Shown here: positions 10,678-20,179 of the stretch, one piece after another | Layout of the letters: every line of letters begins with the position of its first letter | How positions within the stretch are numbered: the first letter of the stretch is position 1 | NCBI GenBank assembly: GCA_963727825.1 | Contig: CAVSHO010000009.1 | Coordinates: forward strand, 896,001-960,000 | Source of the DNA: Ignavibacteriota bacterium | Lineage (GTDB): Bacteria; Bacteroidota; Ignavibacteria; UBA10030 | DNA length: 64,000 nt | Direction of reading: 5' to 3' | The notes under the pieces: generated by a model | The model's input: the letters and a program-made list of their open reading frames with translations, nothing else | Told to the model about the DNA's origin: nothing | Database searches by the model: none | Translations under genes and position numbers: made by a program

Positions 10678-11766
10678 TCAATCCAATATTTTTTGTAAGA
10701 TATGCACATCTAAAAGTCTCCCAAATTTCCGCCCAACTTCTTTTAATATTCCAACTTGAACGAAACCAAAATTAGCATGCAAATGCAAACTGACATCGCT
10801 TTCACCGGCTATACGTGCGATGATAGTATGGTATTTTAATTGTATAGCTTCTTTGATCATTGTTTGCAAGAGCGCTGTGCCTATTCCCTTGCCGTGGTAT
10901 TCGGATTTAACATAGAACGATGTTTCTCCTGTATCGTTATATGCATTACGATCGGACCATTTGCTCAGCGATATCCACCCAACAACTTTTCTGTTGAGTA
11001 CTGCAATCCAAACCGGATGTCTGCTATCATGCAATTGAAACCACTGTGCCTGCTCACTTGTGCTCTTCGGTTCAGTGTCGAAAGTTGCAGTTGTTGTAAG
11101 AATTGCTTCATTATAAATTTCGGTGATGGTATCTATATCCGACAACGCTGCTTTCCGCGTCACGAGGGATTTCTTCATTTTATAGTATTCCTTTGCCGAT
11201 AGGGTGGCCTTTACGATGAATTTTGTTTTTGCAATGGTATAACCAACTCTGTCGTTTGGATATATTTCCACTAAATGTAATTTCAGTTGTTGATACTCAT
11301 TTGCAAGATATGGGTGTTCAATCAGATAATCTCGAAATAACAATCTATCCCAGTGTTCAAATTCACCCTCTACCATATGAATGTGATGCGTACGATTTCC
11401 GTGCGTGTCTCGTTTAATGAACCAAGCATAAAATGGCAGGCCATCATCACCGTACGTTGGTCGCCATAAATAATCATACCCTTGCGATATTAATATTGGG
11501 ACTATTACATTCTTTGTTTCTTCGAGAGAAGTCACTTCAACCAAGATGTCAATAATTGGTTTCGCCGATAAACGGGGAATTGCTGTGCTTCCGAAATGCT
11601 CGATTCTTTTAATAATTTTATGCGGTAGACAGGCAAAAAGATGCTTCTTTTCCTCTTCAAACATCTTTGGCCAGTCTGGGTTATACGGAACAATAAAAAC
11701 TTCTTCCTGTGCCGCCTGTTTAACGCGCTTTTCAAGAGAATCTTTGTCGTTTGCTATCTCGGCCAT
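10678..11766 (-). CDS. GrpB-domain protein joined to a GNAT acetyltransferase (phosphinothricin acetyltransferase-like); fusion may be an artefact
   Basis: N-terminal half: YNPDWP...IEHFGSTAIP.LSAKPIIDI...FRDYL (GrpB). C-terminal half: IYNEAI...ATFD...GKGIGTALL...GRKFGRLLDV (YncA/Pat-like GNAT). Confidence 0.85.
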   Translation of the reverse strand: MAEIANDKDSLEKRVKQAAQEEVFIVPYNPDWPKMFEEEKKHLFACLPHKIIKRIEHFGSTAIPRLSAKPIIDILVEVTSLEETKNVIVPILISQGYDYLWRPTYGDDGLPFYAWFIKRDTHGNRTHHIHMVEGEFEHWDRLLFRDYLIEHPYLANEYQQLKLHLVEIYPNDRVGYTIAKTKFIVKATLSAKEYYKMKKSLVTRKAALSDIDTITEIYNEAILTTTATFDTEPKSTSEQAQWFQLHDSRHPVWIAVLNRKVVGWISLSKWSDRNAYNDTGETSFYVKSEYHGKGIGTALLQTMIKEAIQLKYHTIIARIAGESDVSLHLHANFGFVQVGILKEVGRKFGRLLDVHILQKILD

Positions 11767-11787
11767 AATTTATTTCAATTGCTTTGC

Positions 11788-13119
11788 TTATGTTTTCTGC
11801 TGTTTCTTCTTCGCTGCAGGAAATAGAACATTATTTAATATCAACCGGTAACCAGGTGAGTTTTTGTGCAGATTCAAATCGGTTGGAGGATTGCCGACGG
11901 CATGTTGATAATCTTCAGGATCGTGCCCGCCGTACCAAGTAAATGTGCCGCGTCCGAAGTTGCCGTGGATATATTTCACTTCTTCTGTTCCTTCACGTTC
12001 TGCAAGAATTGTTATTGTCTTTTTAATTAAGCTTTTCTTGAATGCCGTTGTCTGCCCCATAAATCCTTTGATGATGTTGACATGGTCTTGTGTCAGCATC
12101 GTCGGCACGGGATCATACTTCGCAGAGAATTCAAAAAGCGTAAAATAGTCCGTATTCGGATCGCGAATGGGAGGTGGATCGCTTGGTGGAATGTCAATAT
12201 CTGAATATTCGTAGCGTAGCGGATTCATCTCGAGTTTGAAATTCTCGAAAGCCAATGTCTTGCTGAAGTCAAGCTTTGCCTGAGCGTTGCGATCGGCCGG
12301 GTCGCCATCGAACATTACATCACAAATGTCAACATTTTCTGCTGCTAAAGCAATATCGTAACTGTCTGTTGCAGAACACATCGCAAACATAAACCCGCCG
12401 TTGCCGATAAATTCCTTAATAGAACGAGCAACAGCTTTTTTCTCTTCAGACACTTTTTTATAGCCAAGTCGCTTGGCTTCGCGTTCATACAACATTTGCT
12501 GTTCAATATACCATGATGCATTACGGAAGCTTGCATAGAACTTTCCATACTGCCCTGTGAAATCTTCATGGTGCAAGTGAAGCCAGTCGTACTCCGCAAG
12601 CTTTCCTGAAAGAACTTCTTCATCCCATACTTTAGTATAATGAATTTCTGCATACTCGAGCGCCAATGTTACAGCATCGTCCCATGGTTTGAAGCCCGGT
12701 GGTACATAAACAGCAATCTTTGGTGCTTTTTCCAATCGCACTACATCTTCGTTGTTATCCTCGCGTTGGACTTCGGCATACAATGAAACTGCTTCGGTTG
12801 CGGTGAGCGGTTCAAAAAAAACACCGCGAATACGACACTCATCTGCTAATATATCACTATAGTCGCATAGGAATGATCCGCCCCGGTAGTTGAGAAGCCA
12901 ATCGACCTCGCCATTTTTTTCTAACAACCAAAAAGCAATACCGTAAGATTTTAAATGATCGGTTTGTTTCAGGTCCATTGGAATGAGAAGTTTGGATTGG
13001 GAATAACTTATGGATGAACAAAGAACCAGTGCTAGAAGGCAACCAAGTCTGCCAATGATATATCGGTAGATATGCAGCCTTGATGAGTATAATTTTGTTC
13101 GAGTAGTTTTTCTTTCCAT
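11788..13119 (-). CDS. Conserved secreted protein with class I glutamine amidotransferase-like fold (family often labelled 'asparagine synthetase B')
   Basis: Signal peptide before SKLLIPMD; DWLLNYRGGSF, DWLHLHHEDFTGQYGKF, FAMCSATD, GGHDPEDYQH and SPGYRLILNNVLFPAA segments recalled from this Bacteroidota family. Confidence 0.75.
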   Translation of the reverse strand: MERKTTRTKLYSSRLHIYRYIIGRLGCLLALVLCSSISYSQSKLLIPMDLKQTDHLKSYGIAFWLLEKNGEVDWLLNYRGGSFLCDYSDILADECRIRGVFFEPLTATEAVSLYAEVQREDNNEDVVRLEKAPKIAVYVPPGFKPWDDAVTLALEYAEIHYTKVWDEEVLSGKLAEYDWLHLHHEDFTGQYGKFYASFRNASWYIEQQMLYEREAKRLGYKKVSEEKKAVARSIKEFIGNGGFMFAMCSATDSYDIALAAENVDICDVMFDGDPADRNAQAKLDFSKTLAFENFKLEMNPLRYEYSDIDIPPSDPPPIRDPNTDYFTLFEFSAKYDPVPTMLTQDHVNIIKGFMGQTTAFKKSLIKKTITILAEREGTEEVKYIHGNFGRGTFTWYGGHDPEDYQHAVGNPPTDLNLHKNSPGYRLILNNVLFPAAKKKQQKT

Positions 13120-13250
13120 CTTATACTTTCGACTTCGTAAACGCGAGAGAAGTTCCCTTCGTCATAACTATCGAAATATACTTAATTAATTCTAAATCAT
13201 TGTTAATAGAAGAGGCAGGTAATCAGTTTTAATAAAGATAGGTCTTGCTG

Positions 13251-14489
13251 CTATTTAATTGTCTCGTATGCCATCGCATTCAAAAGCATAATGCGATTCT
13301 TCATCGGAGGGTGTGTAGCGAATAAATCAGCCCACCAACCTTCCTTCGAATTGATTTCTTTTCCTAATGGATCAACGATGCATAAATGAGCAATGCCTTT
13401 TTGAAAAGAAGTCGTAGGTTCTGTGGCATTTTCTATTTTTGTCAATGCGCTGGCAAGTGCTTTGGGATTGCGCGTAAGTTCTGCTCCTCCTGCATCGGCA
13501 AGATATTCTCGCTGACGTGATACGGCCATCGCCACAATGCGGGCAATCAATGGAGCCAAAAGTAACGTAATAAGCCAACCAATGAACAAGACACCGCGAA
13601 TCATCCATCCGGCGCCGGGAGCGCGGCTTCCAACAAATCCACCGAAAAAAGCACTCTTCTTCATCCACTCAGAAAGTAAAAGCACGGCGCCAAATAGAAC
13701 TGTAATAATTGTCATCAATTGGGTATCAGAATTTCGAATGTGGCTCGTCTCGTGCGCAATAACACCCTGCAATTCTTCGCGGTCGAGCATTGCAAGCAAT
13801 CCAGTTGTGACAACAATAGAACTTTGCCGTACATCAGTGCCAACAGTAAAGGCATTTGGATCGGAATCATTCACTATATATACTTTTGGAGCTGGAATTC
13901 CTGCTGCAAGACTCATTTCTTTAACCACATTCAATAATTCTGGAAGATCCGCAACAGTTTCATCCGGTTGCTCGGCATGCACAGACCAAAGTATAGAGTT
14001 CTTTCCCCAACGAAGACTCGTTAGAATAGAAACAATGCCAATGATGACTGCTAAAGTTGTTCCAATAGGAAGAAATTGCAAGAGAGTGAGGTTGCTACAT
14101 TGTGAAAAGAATTGCAGAAAGGGACGGGGATTGAAAAAGAACGCTAAGAGAAAAATAAGGAAAATAAATGCCATAATTGTTGTTTTTAATAACCACTTAT
14201 TTAACGGATCATTTCCTTCGTCATCATCATCAGCAAACTGTTTCGGTTTTTTCCACAATCCCTCTGCCGCCCGCTGTTTGAAATTCCAGATACCTGAACC
14301 AACCATAAGTATTACAAATGGAAGGATGATGATTCGCGCTACAGGACTGACATTAAAAAAAATATCAAATCCCGCACCGATAACCGCAATAAGAAGAACG
14401 AATGCCACAATGAGCAGCCATGTCATCCGGTGGTTGTGAGCCTGCTGTTCGTAGATATTGTGTGCGTGAGTTAAGATTGGCTCAGGCAT
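13251..14489 (-). CDS. htpX: M48 family zinc metalloprotease (HtpX-like), paralogue with an extra membrane insert
   Basis: PNAFTVG, AHETSH (HExxH), SRQREYLAD and FATHPP. Confidence 0.85.
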   Translation of the reverse strand: MPEPILTHAHNIYEQQAHNHRMTWLLIVAFVLLIAVIGAGFDIFFNVSPVARIIILPFVILMVGSGIWNFKQRAAEGLWKKPKQFADDDDEGNDPLNKWLLKTTIMAFIFLIFLLAFFFNPRPFLQFFSQCSNLTLLQFLPIGTTLAVIIGIVSILTSLRWGKNSILWSVHAEQPDETVADLPELLNVVKEMSLAAGIPAPKVYIVNDSDPNAFTVGTDVRQSSIVVTTGLLAMLDREELQGVIAHETSHIRNSDTQLMTIITVLFGAVLLLSEWMKKSAFFGGFVGSRAPGAGWMIRGVLFIGWLITLLLAPLIARIVAMAVSRQREYLADAGGAELTRNPKALASALTKIENATEPTTSFQKGIAHLCIVDPLGKEINSKEGWWADLFATHPPMKNRIMLLNAMAYETIK

Positions 14490-14493
14490 TGTT

Positions 14494-15480
14494 TTACTTT
14501 GAGTACTGATATGCCATCGACTTCAACAGCATAATACGCTTTTGTATTGGAGGATGTGTTGCGAACAATTCAGCCCAAAATCCTTCTTTTTCATTTATTT
14601 TTTTACCAAGCGGGTCTACTACACATAGGTGTGCAATGCCGCGCTTAATGGTAACCGTTGGTGCCGAAGCGTTCTCTAGTTTCTGAAGAGCTTTCGCAAG
14701 AGCCAGCGGATTTCGCGTGAGCTCGGCAGCAGAAGCATCGGCAAGATATTCACGTTTACGTGAAATCATCATCGCCATGATTTTTGTAAGTACAGGGGCA
14801 AGGAGTGCCGTAATAAGCCAGAGAAGAAGAAACACTATTATTAATGGATTTTTTCCTTTGGAACGTATGCCGCGTCCAGAAATAAACCCAAACCGAATAC
14901 CTCGAAGAGAAAGATCCGCCAATAAAACAATTGCACCGACACATGCAGCTACGAGTGTCATCAAACGAATGTCGTAATATCGAATATGACTCATTTCATG
15001 CGCTATTACACCCTGCAATTCGTCACGCTCAAGGGTGGTGAGAAGTCCACGAGTAACGGCAACATAGCTGTGCCCTGGATCCCTGCCCGTCGCAAAAGCA
15101 TTTGGATCATCATCGGGAACAATGTATACCTTTGGCGCCGGTAATCCGGAAGCAATAGACATTTCTTGAACAACATTAAGTAGCTGGCGTTGATCAGGGT
15201 TGTTTGGGTCTGCCGGAACTGCTTGAGCTGATAAAAGTACCGCCGAAGCGCCCCCTTGAAGACTCCATAATGCAAATATGATACTGATAACCAGAGCAAG
15301 GATCGTAACAATCGGAATTTCAGCTTGTGTGTTGAACATTCCTAAATAATAGTAATCAATTCCCAGCCCGATAACTGTAAAAAGCACTATAATACATCCT
15401 ACAATACACCATGTCATCCGGCGATTGTGAGCTTGCTGCTCGTAGATGTTGCGTGCTTGTATTAGGATTGATTCGGACAT
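14494..15480 (-). CDS. htpX: M48 family zinc metalloprotease HtpX
   Basis: PNAFATGRDP, AHEMSH, SRKREYLAD and FATHPPI; directly downstream of lemA. Confidence 0.92.
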   Translation of the reverse strand: MSESILIQARNIYEQQAHNRRMTWCIVGCIIVLFTVIGLGIDYYYLGMFNTQAEIPIVTILALVISIIFALWSLQGGASAVLLSAQAVPADPNNPDQRQLLNVVQEMSIASGLPAPKVYIVPDDDPNAFATGRDPGHSYVAVTRGLLTTLERDELQGVIAHEMSHIRYYDIRLMTLVAACVGAIVLLADLSLRGIRFGFISGRGIRSKGKNPLIIVFLLLWLITALLAPVLTKIMAMMISRKREYLADASAAELTRNPLALAKALQKLENASAPTVTIKRGIAHLCVVDPLGKKINEKEGFWAELFATHPPIQKRIMLLKSMAYQYSK

Positions 15481-15494
15481 TGGTTACCTTGATA

Positions 15495-15540
15495 ACCTTC
15501 GCAAGGGCTCTTAGATTGCACAGGAAAACCTTGCGAAGGT
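15495..15540. repeat. REP-like intergenic inverted repeat
   Basis: Perfect 12-bp arms ACCTTCGCAAGG / CCTTGCGAAGGT around a 22-bp spacer, between lemA and htpX. Confidence 0.7.
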
Positions 15541-15551
15541 ATCTCCAGAGA

Positions 15552-16115
15552 TTATTTTTTTAGCGAGAGATCTACAGTTGGAGTTTCTCGCTCTCCGGAA
15601 TCTTTAATCTCGAATAGAGGGAACATTTTAAATCCAAAGGATGATGCAAACAAATTTGTAGGAAAAACCTCTAACTTTGTATTATATGTTGTTGTGATGT
15701 CGTTGTAGAACTGACGCGCAAATGTGATTTGGTTTTCGGTGGTTGTCAATTCTTCCATCAACGGCTGAACGCTTTCGTTTGCTTTTAAAGTCGGATAATT
15801 TTCAACAACGGCAAAAAGTTTGGAGAGCGCTGATGATAGTACATCTTCTTTCGCCATACTATCGGTAATATTTTTTGCGCCAACAGCAGCTGCACGAGCT
15901 TGGATAACACCCTCAAGCGTTCCTTTCTCAAATTCCATCTGTCCCTTAACCGCATTGACAAGATTAGGAATTAGATCATGCCGGCGCTTGAGCTGTACAT
16001 CTATTTGTTTCCAGGCATTGCGCACTTGATTTCGGATTTGGACAAGAGAATTGTACCCACCAATTGCTGCAATGACAAGAATAACTATGAGAACAAGCAA
16101 AATAATGAAGATCAT
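15552..16115 (-). CDS. lemA: LemA family protein
   Basis: N-terminal TM; YNSLV...NAWKQIDVQLKRRHDLIPNLV...ENYPTLKAN...ARQFYN...FPTNLFA. Confidence 0.96.
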   Translation of the reverse strand: MIFIILLVLIVILVIAAIGGYNSLVQIRNQVRNAWKQIDVQLKRRHDLIPNLVNAVKGQMEFEKGTLEGVIQARAAAVGAKNITDSMAKEDVLSSALSKLFAVVENYPTLKANESVQPLMEELTTTENQITFARQFYNDITTTYNTKLEVFPTNLFASSFGFKMFPLFEIKDSGERETPTVDLSLKK

Positions 16116-16203
16116 TGATCCCTCCTGTAGTAGTAATAAGTTATCAATCGAATTATAACATTATTTTATGATAAATGAATAAATTCTGTAGATGTGTTGA
16201 GAG

Positions 16204-17292
16204 TTATTTCTTCTTAAATAGAAATATATATTCATGTTTAAAAATGTAAAAGCCACCTACCAATGCACGATATCGCCAAAGTTCTTTTTGATTTTTTTTC
16301 CCTTTTGTCTCATCAAAATTCTTAATGATAATAGATTTCAAGGAATATCCCCGTTTTAAAACTTCTTGCATCGTGTAAAAACCAAGGGGTATCCAATTAC
16401 CGCCGGAATATTTATCACCAATAACTACTGCGAGGTAGCGACCTTTGTTCAAAACAGGATATGTAGCATCGACGACTTTGTCGAAAAGACCTAAAAATTC
16501 ATTCATCGATTTTGCATTTGACAGGTCTCTCTTGTTTTTGCTAAATTTGATAATATCCCAGTAGGGTGGATGCATAATTAAAAATTGCACACTATTAATT
16601 TTTCGTTGATGTAACTCGCGCTCAAAATCTATACTTGAACTGTCGCCGACAATAACTTCTGTACGAGTTGAGTAATGACCAACTTCCTGCCTAATAGCTT
16701 TCGTAGCTGAGTTTGCAACTTTTCGTAGAAGTTCTACTCCGATACCGTTCCGGCCCAATCTCTTGCTTTCGATTAAAGTAGTACCACTTCCAAGAAATGC
16801 ATCCATCACCCATTCACCTCTTTTTGTATAGCGCCGCAACAACTGATTTGGAATTTGCGGAATAAAGTTGCCCCAATAACCTCCGCTATGAACGCCAGAG
16901 GTATCGCGTTTTTCTAAAACCCATAGACTGTCTGTAAGAATATCATCATATTCTTTCCATCTATGTAAATTCAGATCGTTGATCTTACCGGTCTTTGTTT
17001 CAGAAAGTGCACGGATTAATCTTTGGATGTAATATTTTGTTCTTTCAATTGTTCGAGTATCAATAATTTGGTCAAGCTCACCGAATAAATATTCCGACCT
17101 AACTTTCATAATTTTTCGACCAAACAGTATGTTATAAGCACCATCTTTACTCTTAGACCACTTTTCGACATCTATTTTAATGTTACGGACCGCAGCACGA
17201 ATATGAACAAGATTTCTTTGCTCAAGCAATTTTGATAAAGTATTTATTATTTTTGTTTTGTTTGATATCATTTTGTCAACATTTTTTACCAT
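16204..17292 (-). CDS. Orphan amino-methyltransferase (N4-C/N6-A DNA MTase-like; TRM11-like fold)
   Basis: Motif X/I GNFIPQIP...VMDAFLGSGTT followed by a motif IV variant HPPY and LAVVIGD; no endonuclease gene nearby. Confidence 0.85.
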   Translation of the reverse strand: MVKNVDKMISNKTKIINTLSKLLEQRNLVHIRAAVRNIKIDVEKWSKSKDGAYNILFGRKIMKVRSEYLFGELDQIIDTRTIERTKYYIQRLIRALSETKTGKINDLNLHRWKEYDDILTDSLWVLEKRDTSGVHSGGYWGNFIPQIPNQLLRRYTKRGEWVMDAFLGSGTTLIESKRLGRNGIGVELLRKVANSATKAIRQEVGHYSTRTEVIVGDSSSIDFERELHQRKINSVQFLIMHPPYWDIIKFSKNKRDLSNAKSMNEFLGLFDKVVDATYPVLNKGRYLAVVIGDKYSGGNWIPLGFYTMQEVLKRGYSLKSIIIKNFDETKGKKNQKELWRYRALVGGFYIFKHEYIFLFKKK

Positions 17293-17293
17293 A

Positions 17294-17436
17294 AGTCATC
17301 TCAAAAATGATTCTAAGGCACACCGAGCCTGTCAAAGAGTGACGTAATATGCCACATATCAAACTTCGACCTGCCTGCGTGCCTTCGGCGTGCAGGCAAG
17401 ATCAGCCTGACAGTAAATGGTATTTTTGAGATAGCT
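17294..17436. repeat. Composite palindromic element (MITE/REP-like) with nested hairpin
   Basis: Terminal inverted repeats AGTCATCTCAAAAAT / ATTTTTGAGATAGCT (13/15 match). Internal REP-like arms GAGCCTGTCAAAG ... CTTCGAC[insert]AAGATCAGCCTGACA, with the GC hairpin TGCCTGCGTGCC-TTC-GGCGTGCAGGCA at 17372-17398. Confidence 0.65.
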
Positions 17437-17793
17437 CCTATTAATCTATCGATTGCTTATAAGATACTGCACCTCTTTTCCGTTTGCAAGAGCACGCACG
17501 CTGAAATAGATTTTGCATGGGTACCCCCTGCCGCTCAAGAACATATCCTTAATGTTATATTGTCAGCCTTGCATTCGGTTTGATTACAATAGGTTTAATG
17601 ATTGGTGTTGTTCTCGGTTCAATTGCCGGTTTGCGGCTACAATCACGTACTCACAGGAATTTTGATATTCTTTTGCGGAGCGGCTATCCAATTCCTAACT
17701 TTGCAAAGCACTTTTTAGAATATAATGAACGACATTAAGGTAGTAATTTATCTTGGTGTAATCTTATTTCTCATCAGAGTAAGATAATACAAA

Positions 17794-18732
17794 CTATCTC
17801 TGCACTGCCTGGTAGTATTCTTCTCCATTGAATATAAATGACTTAATATTTTTTTCTCGATCTAATTTCTGTAACGATGCAATAATATTTTCCTGCCTTA
17901 TATCCAACGATTCTGTCATTTGAGCGACAGTCATTGCACGGCGCTTGAGCAAAGCGAGAATCGTCTGCCCATCAATATTGTGCTCTTGGGTCTTTTGTGT
18001 TTCTTTGAAGATGCCGATTATTTCACTGCGCCAACCCAATATCTTTTGAATCTCCTTCAAGCGGCCTTCTTCCACCGGCTGTGCGATTGCATATGCTGGC
18101 GGACGGATAACGGTATTGAGATGTATTCTTTCAGGCTGAATCTCATCGAGCACCTGTTTCATTTTAAAAATCTCTTCGTCATGGTCGTTCATACCTTTAA
18201 CAAAAAGAATTTCGATCCACATCCTGCCTTTGTATTCTTGCCGGAACATTTTGATGCCGTTAATAATAGTGTCTATGCGGAGTTTCGGATTAGGCCGATC
18301 GACTTTTTCAAATACATCTACCGAAACTGCATCCAGAGATGGTGAGACAATATCTGCATCCATCAAATCGCGCCTCACTTCAGGCAAGTTTAATAATGTT
18401 CCGTTAGTTAGCACAGCAACTGGAATTTTCGTCATTTGTTTGATGCCGCGAATTATGTCACCGATTTTTGAATTCAATGTCGGTTCGCCGGAACCAGAAA
18501 TTGTTATATGGTCGAGATTGGGATATTCCGCAATCACTTCTTTTACTTCGGTAAGAATTTCATTTGCAGGTAAATATTCTTTCCTTGCAAGACCTCGCTT
18601 GTCGGTTACGCCAACTTCACAGTACACACAATCAAGCGAGCATAATTTATTTGGGATAATGTCCACACCAAGCGATAATCCTAATCGTCGTGATGGAACA
18701 GGGCCAAATGTATATTTTCGTTGTACGGGCAT
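17794..18732 (-). CDS. Radical SAM Fe-S oxidoreductase (COG0731-like) with C-terminal winged helix
   Basis: FGPVPSRRLGLSLGVD, CSLDCVYC (CxxxCxxC), SGSGEPTL and LNTVIRPP. Confidence 0.92.
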   Translation of the reverse strand: MPVQRKYTFGPVPSRRLGLSLGVDIIPNKLCSLDCVYCEVGVTDKRGLARKEYLPANEILTEVKEVIAEYPNLDHITISGSGEPTLNSKIGDIIRGIKQMTKIPVAVLTNGTLLNLPEVRRDLMDADIVSPSLDAVSVDVFEKVDRPNPKLRIDTIINGIKMFRQEYKGRMWIEILFVKGMNDHDEEIFKMKQVLDEIQPERIHLNTVIRPPAYAIAQPVEEGRLKEIQKILGWRSEIIGIFKETQKTQEHNIDGQTILALLKRRAMTVAQMTESLDIRQENIIASLQKLDREKNIKSFIFNGEEYYQAVQR

Positions 18733-18889
18733 TACAGTATTTTAAACACAAATCTAAAGTTCATCGTTCCAATAATTTAATAATACGGAATAATTGCGAT
18801 TGAAGTAATCAAAGGAAAACAACTATTGAAAACTGAAATATCTTCTATTATTTTCTTCTTTTCGTTTTATGACTGATACTTGAATTATT

Positions 18890-19105
18890 ATGGAACCAAA
18901 TAAAACATCCGTGGTCGTTATCGGCGAAGGCATTACCATGCTTGATATTATCTGCTGGATGAAGAAACGCGGAATCAATATTCCATCAAAGGGAAAACGA
19001 AAAATTCCCGGCTATTTTTTGAACTTGTGCTCGTTCGGAAATCGAACGCCTGCCGGATTAATTGCACTAATTGCATTTATTGGCGGTGCATGCCAGCCGT
19101 ATTAG
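18890..19105 (+). CDS. Small hypothetical protein (71 aa)
   Basis: Non-overlapping ATG-initiated ORF, more GC-rich than the flanking intergenic DNA; no recognisable domain. Confidence 0.4.
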   Translation: MEPNKTSVVVIGEGITMLDIICWMKKRGINIPSKGKRKIPGYFLNLCSFGNRTPAGLIALIAFIGGACQPY

Positions 19106-19426
19106 TTAGTATAAGGATGCACAAAATATTTAGATAACGCTTGATGAACTCAAATCTATTATGCAATTTTCAGGAAAACCCGTATATTTGAATATGCGCT
19201 GGTAAAGATCTATTGCATAATATGAAATAGATTACCAGCAAAAGATTTACATACTCACTCAGTTTGAAGAATCCAACTAAGACATATTGCTGGCGGGAAA
19301 AACATCACGGCGGCATTGCAGTTGGCGAATGTGTGAAAAATGCGTATGAGATTGCAGGGGATGTCTACCCTCCGACACTCTCAACACTATAGACCTTATT
19401 TGATGTCTTCCTCGAAAGGATTAAAT

Positions 19427-20145
19427 ATGAAAAAGAATATTACGCTTTATATTGCATTGTTTAGTTTTATTACAACTGCTATGCTCGTGGCGCAAGTGCA
19501 GCAAGCGGTATATCAAGATGAAAATACACCGCCTGAATCTTTTACCATTCTGCTAAAAGATGAGTGGGCTTACTTACGCGATGCTGTTACACAAACTGAA
19601 AAATGAAACAGAAACACGAGGCGAGTTTGAGACAACACAGGAATTTCAGGCACGAGTGTCGCGTTCTCGTGATTCCCTTCAAAGCAAATTGAATGTCCAC
19701 ATCAAAGAAACAAAGTTGGATCACAGGAGTTTTTGGCTTGTGGTTCAAGGCAACACTCGTCTCATACAATGCAGATGCAGAAATATACTCTTTCAAATGT
19801 CCAACAACCATCGAAGCACATTACAGTATTCCAGCCGTGGATTGTCTTGTTCCGTCTAATCCGTTTATTGATTTAGTGGATAGTATTCGGGGTGGTTATC
19901 GGACATCGAGTATATTTATGAAATTCAATCCGGATTTCAGATGGAAAGTTAAAAGAAACGAAGCACAATCGGCAAAAGGAAACGAATCCGATATATTTTT
20001 CAAAGTTCATTTTATAGTGAGCTTGACACAGGAAGGATCTGCAATTCATGGACAATTGAAAATAATCCCGAAAGATATTGCACTGATGAATCGAAGCAAT
20101 AATTATGTGTATTGGAAAGAAGAAATAACTCCAACGGACAGGTAG
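19427..20145 (+). CDS. Secreted hypothetical protein (two +1 frameshifts)
   Basis: AAAGGA RBS and signal peptide MKKNITLYIALFSFITTAMLVA. Fragments join through a GEFETTQEFQAR segment to ...YVYWKEEITPTDR* when one base is removed at about 19595 and one at about 19727. Confidence 0.75.
20056..20127 (+). repeat. Direct repeat copy 1 (current 3' end of the secreted-protein gene)
   Basis: 72 bp encoding LKIIPKDIALMNRSNNYVYWKEEI; 63/72 identical to 22390-22461. Confidence 0.9.
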
Positions 20146-20179
20146 GATAGCTTGAACCGGTTAGGGGGCGTTTTGCCAA

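Noticed and set aside
13537-14439. 300-aa + strand ORF
   Set aside because: Lies wholly antisense to htpX with no recognisable domain; a shadow ORF.
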